A DNA stretch of 20,352 nucleotides, taken from a virus (lineage: Duplodnaviria > Heunggongvirae > Uroviricota > Caudoviricetes). Positions 7,622 to 13,151 of the stretch are shown in pieces. The notes under the pieces were generated by a model. That model made no database searches. It had not been told where the DNA came from and worked only from the letters and a program-made list of their open reading frames with translations. Position 1 is the first letter of the stretch. Each line of letters starts with the position of its first letter. A program made the translations under genes and the position numbers. The stretch lies in the IMG/VR virus record IMGVR_UViG_3300010367_000170; one strand, 5' to 3'.

Positions 7622-7897
7622 TTGCGCGGACTTCGGTCTGAGCCGTCCGCTGAGCCCGATGGACTTCACGCGTAGCCGTCTGCCCTGGGGTCTGGCTTGG
7701 CCGTATACCCCATTAGGCGACCTGTTCAACATACCGGCCCGTACGTCCGGCACCTCCGGGGATAACCCTCCAGGCGCTTCCCAGCCTCCCGGTCTTAGCG
7801 CGACCGGTAGTAACAGCTCCACGGCTCAAATCCCTGTCAGGATCCCCTGTCATAAGCGTGCAGGACTCTGGCCTCGACATGGGCCAGGCTGCGCGCG

Positions 7898-7978
7898 TGG
7901 GAGTGGTAGGTGTCGAACCTACAATGCTCGAAAGCGCGGGCTTTACAGGCCCGCTGGCAGACCGCTGCACTCACTCCC
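7898..7978 (-). tRNA. tRNA-Tyr (GTA)
   Basis: CGGGC-CT-GTA-AA-GCCCG; long variable arm GCT-TTCG-AGC. Confidence 0.9.
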
Positions 7979-8020
7979 GAAACCCCTTACGGGGCCGGTG
8001 TTGACGTTCCTCGCTAGGTG

Positions 8021-8099
8021 AAGCCCGGAGCGGAGTCGAACCGCTATCCACGCGCTTTGCAGGCGCGCTCTAGATACCGTCTAGATGAGGACCCGGGCA
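8021..8099 (-). tRNA. tRNA-Cys (GCA), atypical D arm
   Basis: CGCGC-CT-GCA-AA-GCGCG, U73. D region contains TCTAGA-CGGTA-TCTAGA; 1:72 mismatch. Confidence 0.75.
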
Positions 8100-8190
8100 A
8101 CGGAGCCGTCCGCCCGGTCCAGCCACGGTCAGCCTCCGAGGGGGTGGAGGCAATATCGGCAGCTTGCGCATCGGACCGGTACGGACGACG

Positions 8191-8262
8191 TGCCTCCGGT
8201 GGGATTCGAACCCACGTCGAACCACTTAGAAGGTGGTCTCCCATCCTCTGGGCGACGGAGGC
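8191..8262 (-). tRNA. tRNA-Arg (TCT)
   Basis: Cloverleaf; ACCAC-CT-TCT-AA-GTGGT. Confidence 0.9.
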
Positions 8263-8403
8263 GAGCGGGTCCACCGTCCTCAGATCCCCCGCCGTCGCTA
8301 GGGATTGTTCGATTCGCGGTGGACCCTAAAGTCCAGGAGGGGGAGGTACGTGGGCCGCTGGCCACGGTAGGCCACGCTTCTCGGCCAGTCCCTTCTGGAC
8401 TTG

Positions 8404-8477
8404 CGCTCGTGACGGGACTTGAACCCGTGACCTCCTGATTGACAATCAGGTGCCCTAACCGTCTGGGCCACACGAGC
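8404..8477 (-). tRNA. tRNA-Asp (GTC)
   Basis: CCTGA-TT-GTC-AA-TCAGG; G73. Confidence 0.93.
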
Positions 8478-8509
8478 CGGACGCAGGCGAACCTGCGCTT
8501 TTGTTCTAC

Positions 8510-8632
8510 CTAGTTCCCCTTCGTGCAGGTGTGCGGTCCCTTCCTGAGGCACACGATGTGCGAGTGGACAGCGCAAGCGAAGCACCCGCACGAACACATA
8601 CAACGCCTAGCCAGCAACAACAGATGTTTCAT
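8510..8632 (-). CDS. 40-aa Cys/His-rich micropeptide MKHLLLLARRCMCSCGCFACAVHSHIVCLRKGPHTCTKGN
   Basis: ATG preceded by GGAGGGAGGAGAAG; 7 Cys and 4 His; fills the gap between tRNA-Lys and tRNA-Asp and is followed by a UUCG hairpin. Confidence 0.5.
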   Translation of the reverse strand: MKHLLLLARRCMCSCGCFACAVHSHIVCLRKGPHTCTKGN

Positions 8633-8647
8633 CTTCTCCTCCCTCCG

Positions 8648-8719
8648 TGCGCCGCGAGGGTGTCGAACCCCCGACCCCTCCGTTAAGAGCGGAGTGCTCT
8701 ACCGTTGAGCTAGCGGCGC
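8648..8719 (-). tRNA. tRNA-Lys (CTT)
   Basis: CTCCG-CT-CTT-AA-CGGAG. Confidence 0.93.
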
Positions 8720-8832
8720 AGGTGAAGCAGGGGCCTGAGTTGAACAGGCCAGCGGGCCGTCGCCCTTTTCTCCTAAGGAACCCACCAAGGGTGCGCGGGA
8801 ATCGAACCCGCCACTGCCGGTTCCCTGCCTCG

Positions 8833-8904
8833 CAGGTCGCCAGGGACTTGAACCCTGTTCCACGGATTAAAAGTCCGTTACATAGCCATACATGCTCGCG
8901 ACCC
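8833..8904 (-). tRNA. tRNA-Lys (TTT)
   Basis: ACGGA-CT-TTT-AA-TCCGT; G73. Confidence 0.88.
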
Positions 8905-9038
8905 ATAAGCCCCACCATTCCGCAGTCAAGAGGAAGGCGGGGAACATTGGGGCCAGGCCAGGGTTCAACCCTTCCCGGAAGCACGGGGTTCGTACGGCCC
9001 AGCCAGGAACAGCCCGGATCAGGGGCTGCTGCTCCAAG

Positions 9039-9113
9039 TAGCGGGGACAGGATTTGAACCTGCGATCTCTGGATTATGAGCCCAGCGGGGACACCGAACT
9101 CCCCCACCCCGCG
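9039..9113 (-). tRNA. tRNA-Met (CAT), initiator-like
   Basis: CGCGGGG 5' end with C1:U72 mismatch; CTGGG-CT-CAT-AA-TCCAG. Confidence 0.88.
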
Positions 9114-9135
9114 TCGGCGCGGCGAACCGCGCTCG

Positions 9136-9207
9136 TGTCCTCGACAGGAATTGAACCTGCGCGCCCCGGGCTTCAACCGGATGCTCTTCCAACTGAGCTA
9201 CAAGGAC
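9136..9207 (-). tRNA. tRNA-Phe (GAA)
   Basis: TCCGG-TT-GAA-GC-CCGGG. Confidence 0.9.
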
Positions 9208-9359
9208 GTTGCCCGCCTACTGAATCAGTGCCGTACCCAAAGGACGTGTCCGGAGATCTCCTCCGGCTCTACAACAGCGGGCCGCATACAACGCACTCCA
9301 AAGGTATGCGAGCTTTGGCCGTCGTCAACGCCCCATCGGTGAGGCGTTGAGCGTGTGCG

Positions 9360-9430
9360 AGCCCTTGGCGGGAATCGAACCCACGTTGCCTCCCTGGCAA
9401 GGAGGTGTCTTGCCGCTAGACGACAAGGGC
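9360..9430 (-). tRNA. tRNA-Gly (GCC)
   Basis: CCTCC-TT-GCC-AG-GGAGG; U73. Confidence 0.93.
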
Positions 9431-9540
9431 GAACATCGTCCGGTAGGTGGTCCCGCTACCGCCACAAACACGGAAACGCGTACGGGCCGTGTTCCGCCAC
9501 CCCTTACCGCCCGTTCAGACCGGACGATGAATTTACTGCG

Positions 9541-9614
9541 AGCCCTGAGCCGGGGTCGAACCGGCGACCTCCGTTTTACGAGAACGGCGCTACTTCCAAC
9601 TGAGCCACCAGGGC
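9541..9614 (-). tRNA. tRNA-Thr (CGT)
   Basis: CCGTT-CT-CGT-AA-AACGG. Confidence 0.92.
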
Positions 9615-9699
9615 GCGGCAGCTGTTGCACAGGGGAACTGCCTACCCCTTCACCACCCCCATCACGGCCTGTCCTCCAACGGCCGTGACGGTTAGTGCG

Positions 9700-9771
9700 T
9701 AGCCCCACCGGGATTCGAACCCAGGCCTGCACCTTCGGAGGGTGCTGCGCTGTCCGCTGCGCTATGGGGCT
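9700..9771 (-). tRNA. tRNA-Arg (CCG)
   Basis: GCACC-CT-CCG-AA-GGTGC. Confidence 0.92.
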
Positions 9772-9908
9772 GTGTTGACCAACTCTCTTACAAGGTTAAG
9801 GCTCTGACTAGGCGCCATACAGCCTTGTAGAGAGGCGGGGGAGGCCACCCACCCTGATCCCGCATTGTCCGCAGCCCCTCGCCGGTCAAGGCTACTCACT
9901 GCGGCATG

Positions 9909-9981
9909 CTGTCCCAGCAGGGTTCGAACCTGCGACCTGAGGATTAACAATCCACTGCTCTGCCTACTGAGCTATAGGACA
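9909..9981 (-). tRNA. tRNA-Asn (GTT)
   Basis: GTGGA-TT-GTT-AA-TCCTC (one mismatch); G73. Confidence 0.9.
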
Positions 9982-10108
9982 ACGCCCCGCAAAGTTGCGC
10001 ACCCTCGCGGGGTTGTTGAGATGGGCGGGAACTGAACCAGCCTCTGAGCCTGCCGATTCGGGCGCCCCTAGTTCTCAGTTCTTAAGGGTCCGCTATTCCC
10101 ATCTCTCG

Positions 10109-10181
10109 TGCGTCTACAGGGACTCGAACCCCGAACCTGCTGGGTGTAGGCCAGCTGCTCTTCCAATTGAGCTACAGACGC
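10109..10181 (-). tRNA. tRNA-Val (TAC) with C33
   Basis: GCTGG-CC-TAC-AC-CCAGC; otherwise canonical cloverleaf. Confidence 0.85.
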
Positions 10182-10277
10182 TCCCGGGAGGGGGCAGCGC
10201 CGAACGCGCTGCCCTAGTCCTCCCTTGTAGGTATACCGGGCCTGGGGTATACCAGCCCAGGTGATCGACACTTGCCC

Positions 10278-10346
10278 GTGAGGCGGCTGGAATCGAACCA
10301 GCTTCGGGAGTCTTCGCGAAACCCTACGTAACCAACGTCCACCTCC
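10278..10346 (-). pseudogene. Degenerate tRNA-like element, TC-GCG-AA loop (Arg GCG-like)
   Basis: Perfect T arm GCTGG-TTCGATT-CCAGC; 6-bp acceptor; short D arm ACGT-TGGTT-ACGT; C33. Confidence 0.5.
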
Positions 10347-10400
10347 AGCGGGTAGCGAACCCGCCTTCACCGGGTTCAGGACGCGTTCCTGAGTACCGGC

Positions 10401-10476
10401 TGGTGTCCCCGGGAGGAATCGAACCTCCAACCTCCTGATTCGTAGTCAGGTGCCCTATCCGTTGGGCCACGGAGAC
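10401..10476 (-). tRNA. tRNA-Arg (ACG), CCA encoded
   Basis: CCTGA-CT-ACG-AA-TCAGG; ends A-CCA. Confidence 0.95.
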
Positions 10477-10635
10477 ATGACGATTATCGCAGGCCAGGAA
10501 CCGTCGCCCGGTAGTAGCGCAAGATCCATTTGCGCCCTGCTTGTCACGCACATTCGCAGCAAAATCAGGGGACACCCTGGGGTACTTGGGATAACCGGAG
10601 GTGTTGCTGCCCGGAGCGTGACCGCACCGTTCCCG

Positions 10636-10704
10636 TGGTCAGTGCGGGATTCGAACCCGCATCCAGTCACAAGTGGACCCGCTCAGCCGTTGAGCTACCT
10701 GACC
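10636..10704 (-). pseudogene. tRNA-like element with aberrant anticodon arm (GGTC-CACTTGT-GACT)
   Basis: Canonical D arm (GCTC-AACGGCT-GAGC) and T arm, 6/7 acceptor pairs; 4-bp anticodon stem, no U33. Confidence 0.6.
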
Positions 10705-10714
10705 CTGCTGTACG

Positions 10715-10786
10715 TGGAAATGAAGGGACTCGAACCCTTGACCCGACCGGCACATATCCGGCGCTCTGCCGCTGAGCTACATCCCC
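10715..10786 (-). tRNA. Non-canonical tRNA: Ala-type acceptor (G3:U70, A73) with AT-ATG-TG anticodon loop
   Basis: GGGGATG/CATTTCC-A acceptor; canonical D and T arms; CCGG-ATATGTG-CCGG. Confidence 0.65.
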
Positions 10787-10901
10787 TAGGTGGCCGGGCT
10801 GTACGGGACTTACCGGCCGTGCATGCTGCCGCTGACAGAAGCGTTCCCGTCTGGTTCCTGGCGTACCGGCAATCTAAGGCACCGACGTCCCGTCACCATT
10901 G

Positions 10902-10975
10902 TGCTCACAGAGGGATTTGAACCCTCACTTGCGGCGGTTTGAGCGCCGTGCCTCTGCCGATTGGGCTACGTGAGC
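10902..10975 (-). tRNA. tRNA-Leu (CAA), short variable loop
   Basis: CGGCG-CT-CAA-AC-CGCCG; variable region only CAAGT; A73. Confidence 0.9.
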
Positions 10976-11083
10976 TGGAAGCGCAGTCCCGTGCGGGAGG
11001 AGAAGTCACCGCACGGGACTACTTACTCCAAGACCTTTGCTGCCGCCGGAGGAAAGCCTGTAAGCCGACAGGTCTCGGAGTCG

Positions 11084-11157
11084 TTGCCACGGCTGGATTC
11101 GGACCAGCGACATACGCCTTATCAGAGCGCTGCTCTACCAGGCTGAGCTACGTGGCA
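11084..11157 (-). tRNA. tRNA-Ile (GAT)
   Basis: GCGCT-CT-GAT-AA-GGCGT; T-loop variant TCCGAAT. Confidence 0.88.
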
Positions 11158-11278
11158 TTGTCGGACGGCCTGCGCGAGGCAGGCCACCGACGTCTACGTT
11201 CATTTACATCATCGTCGCTGTTGAGTTCTCAAGGTTCCAGGAGCTTCGTGCCGACGTACAGCGCGCTCCAAACGTGCG

Positions 11279-11349
11279 CGTCCTTGAAGGGATTCGAACC
11301 CTCGCTTGCCCACCAGGAACTGGGCGCTCTACCGTTAAGCTACAAGGAC
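11279..11349 (-). tRNA. tRNA-like, probably Arg(CCT)-derived, with an irregular 8-nt anticodon loop
   Basis: Perfect acceptor GTCCTTG/CAAGGAC, D and T arms; CCCA-GTTCCTGG-TGGG. Confidence 0.55.
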
Positions 11350-11363
11350 ACCTTGTTCAGTTG

Positions 11364-11426
11364 TACGGGGACCGGAGTCGAACCGGAACCTCAGCCGTGC
11401 ACTGCTACTCTCCCACCCGGACCCGC
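11364..11426 (-). pseudogene. Highly degenerate tRNA-like remnant
   Basis: T arm CCGG-TTCGACT-CCGG and a partial acceptor GCGGG/CCCGT; D and anticodon arms are poor. Confidence 0.35.
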
Positions 11427-11524
11427 TTGGCAGGCCCGTTTTCCCCTCGCGGGGACACCCAACCAGTTCGGACCTGGCGGTTCCGGCGTTGAAACTCCAC
11501 GGGCCAACAGGGTCGTCGCCTTCG

Positions 11525-11580
11525 TGGACCCAGAGGGTTTCGAACCCTCCCACGCGCGTCAGCCCCCAGGGCTTGGGCCC
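11525..11580 (-). ncRNA. 56-nt mini-tRNA: full acceptor with G3:U70 and A73 plus T arm, no anticodon arm
   Basis: GGGCCCA/TGGGTCC-A; GAGGG-TTCGAAA-CCCTC; only one small hairpin (AGCCC-TGG-GGGCT) between them. Confidence 0.55.
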
Positions 11581-11611
11581 GTATTCAGTTGTTGGCTCCG
11601 TCCTACCGGAG

Positions 11612-11684
11612 GGTGATGTGCGGGAATCGAACCCGCTGCTGCCTGGATCACAACCAGGTCCCCGACCGGAGGGGCTACACCACC
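11612..11684 (-). tRNA. tRNA-His (GTG)
   Basis: G-1:C73 pair; CCTGG-TT-GTG-AT-CCAGG. Confidence 0.88.
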
Positions 11685-11690
11685 AAGAGG

Positions 11691-11771
11691 TCTCGCCAGA
11701 GATCCAAGGCGACTCCGGATCTGAATTCATTCCCAAAACGAAGGAACCGGGGTCATGCGCACCTGGCGAGA
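11691..11771 (-). ncRNA. Y-RNA-like gene F (minimal: terminal helix only, no tRNA module)
   Basis: UCUCGCCAG-GUGCGCAUGACCCCGG-UUCCUUC ... CCGGAGUCGCCUUGGAUCUC-UGGCGAGA; same motifs as copies A-E. Confidence 0.7.
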
Positions 11772-11790
11772 TCTGTGAAGTTTTAGGTTG

Positions 11791-11939
11791 TGCATCCCCC
11801 AGAGGTCCAGTCGATCAGGCGATCGTAGGCGCTCTGCCGCTGAGCTACAGTCCCGGTTTCCCGGCACCGGCAGGATTCGAACCTGCGACATCCCGCTTAA
11901 AAGGCGAAGAACTCCTGGTCTGCGCACCTGGGGGGTGCA
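11791..11939 (-). ncRNA. Y-RNA-like gene G (complete four-arm permuted tRNA with a Lys UUU-type anticodon loop)
   Basis: CCCCCAG-GUGCG / UGGACCUC-UGGGGG ends. UUCGC-CUUUUAA-GCGGG, AUGUC, GCAGG-UUCGAAU-CCUGC, GAAA-closed acceptor-like helix, UA-GCUC-AGCGGCA-GAGC. Confidence 0.82.
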
Positions 11940-11986
11940 TCGTCTTCCCTTTGGGGCTTTCGCTCCGTCGTTCCGGCGATGTCTTT

Positions 11987-12016
11987 ACGATACCGCGTTT
12001 CGGCTCCGGGCGTCTA
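11987..12016 (-). promoter_or_regulatory. Candidate sigma70/HrdB-type promoter for the RNA array
   Basis: TAGACG-18 nt-TATCGT on the minus strand, about 50 nt upstream of Y RNA G; motif match only. Confidence 0.35.
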
Positions 12017-12541
12017 ATCGAAATCCAACACCTGGACCGGTTTCACGTTCCCAGCATCCCCGTCTCGGAGCCGGATAGCAAGATCACCGTCGGGGGCTTC
12101 GAAGACTTCGAACTTGGACGGGCCGCGACGGCGCCAACCCGGATCCCGGATGTCCAGCACCTTCTCAGGCGAAGCCTGACCGGAAGCCAGCTCCAGAAGC
12201 AACGGCGTGTCCTCCGGATACAAGTCCATAGGGCGCACCGCGAAACCCTCCAGAACAGGCGTCTCAAGCCAAGCCACCGGGTTGCCAACCCCGTGGCGGG
12301 ACAGCATGTCCGTGACAGCCAGAAGATGCGCCACCTTCATCGCGTCGGAGAACCACGCCTTGTCGCCGCGCCTCCAACTCTGGACGTCGAAGACGTTGGT
12401 GTTCAACATCCTCGCGACGTCCCTCAGGGCGAAGCCCATGTCCACCAGCTCCTCCACCGAAGCGGCCTTACCGTTCCTGCGACGCTCCATCTGAAGCTTG
12501 TGGAACGTTGACACGTCCTCAGAAGTCACCAACGTCATCAC
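12014..12541 (-). CDS. HTH protein resembling Xre/MbcA/ParS-type antitoxins
   Basis: HTH-like 'GFALRDVARMLNTNVFDVQSWRRG' followed by 'NPVAWLETPV..RPMDL'; SD AAGGAGG; family call by pattern only. Confidence 0.5.
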   Translation of the reverse strand: MMTLVTSEDVSTFHKLQMERRRNGKAASVEELVDMGFALRDVARMLNTNVFDVQSWRRGDKAWFSDAMKVAHLLAVTDMLSRHGVGNPVAWLETPVLEGFAVRPMDLYPEDTPLLLELASGQASPEKVLDIRDPGWRRRGPSKFEVFEAPDGDLAIRLRDGDAGNVKPVQVLDFD

Positions 12542-12719
12542 CTCCTTTGGGTGGCTCCACGCAACCGTGGATCTTGCGGTAATCGTTCAGGTCAGGGTTG
12601 GGATGCGCCTCGCCGCGCAACGAGTACTCGCACTCCTCGGACAGCTGCCGAGCCTGCTCCGGAGACAGACAAGACGGCCAGTCGCAGATACGGCACACCC
12701 GGAACTTAGGAGCCGTCAT
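12519..12719 (-). CDS. Small Cys-containing hypothetical protein (66 aa)
   Basis: CRIC..PSC..C; overlaps both neighbouring genes, as typical of phage operons. Confidence 0.5.
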   Translation of the reverse strand: MTAPKFRVCRICDWPSCLSPEQARQLSEECEYSLRGEAHPNPDLNDYRKIHGCVEPPKGGDDVGDF

Positions 12720-12936
12720 ACTCCTCGTCCTGCTGCCGGTGGCGAGTCATCGACTCCACCATCTCCATGAAGTCTTTCCACGGCATGCCCACCAGCTCTA
12801 CCGTGCCGCCCGTCTCCAAGTCCGGGTCATGTGCGATGAAGGTGACGGTCCCTCCAGGCCGGTACTCGGTGATGAGGTGTTCGGTGTCCTCTTCGGCTTC
12901 GTCATACGCGTACACGTACTCCCAGGTACGGCCCAT
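12706..12936 (-). CDS. Acidic hypothetical protein (76 aa, MGRTWEY...)
   Basis: ATG overlaps the upstream TGA; SD GGAGGAG. Confidence 0.65.
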   Translation of the reverse strand: MGRTWEYVYAYDEAEEDTEHLITEYRPGGTVTFIAHDPDLETGGTVELVGMPWKDFMEMVESMTRHRQQDEEYDGS

Positions 12937-13151
12937 CACTGCTCCTCCGGGAAGACTATGGTGACGACTGCCGATGCAACCAGGCGTTCGACCTCTGCCA
13001 TGAGGTCGAACCATTGGTCGTCGGTCAGCCAGTTGTTCTCTGGAATCTCGGCCAGCGTGTCATTGGCGGGGAACGGCGCGTTGAGACGGTTGAGGATCAC
13101 CAGCCGAGCTAGCTGCTGAACGCGCAGCGGAGCAATATCAGAAGGCGCCAT
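12936..13151 (-). CDS. Hypothetical protein (71 aa, MAPSDIAPL...)
   Basis: Start chosen at the ATG overlapping the end of the HAD gene; coupled to the downstream gene. Confidence 0.55.
   Translation of the reverse strand: MAPSDIAPLRVQQLARLVILNRLNAPFPANDTLAEIPENNWLTDDQWFDLMAEVERLVASAVVTIVFPEEQ

Noticed and set aside
7660-7790. Group I intron-like P/R/S motifs (GCUGGGAA, GCAGACGGCUAC, AAGUCC) in the long spacer
   Set aside because: The candidate P7 strands are only ~7 nt apart, leaving no room for P3/P8, and no interrupted host gene is evident.
7622-7895. tmRNA, RNase P or SRP RNA as the identity of the long spacer
   Set aside because: No tRNA-Ala-like ends or tag frame, no GAGGAAAGUCC/AACAGAA RNase P motifs, and no SRP GGAA helix-8 motif.
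7991-8030. HDV-like ribozyme resemblance (ggccgg...ttcctcgc)
   Set aside because: It lies on the strand opposite the tRNAs, and I could not build the nested P1/P2/P3 double pseudoknot.
6000-12000. Numerous 60-340 aa ORFs across the RNA array (e.g. 10939-11616, 11489-12511)
   Set aside because: They overlap tRNA or Y RNA genes, lack SD sites and codon bias, and translate tRNA motifs (GFEP repeats).
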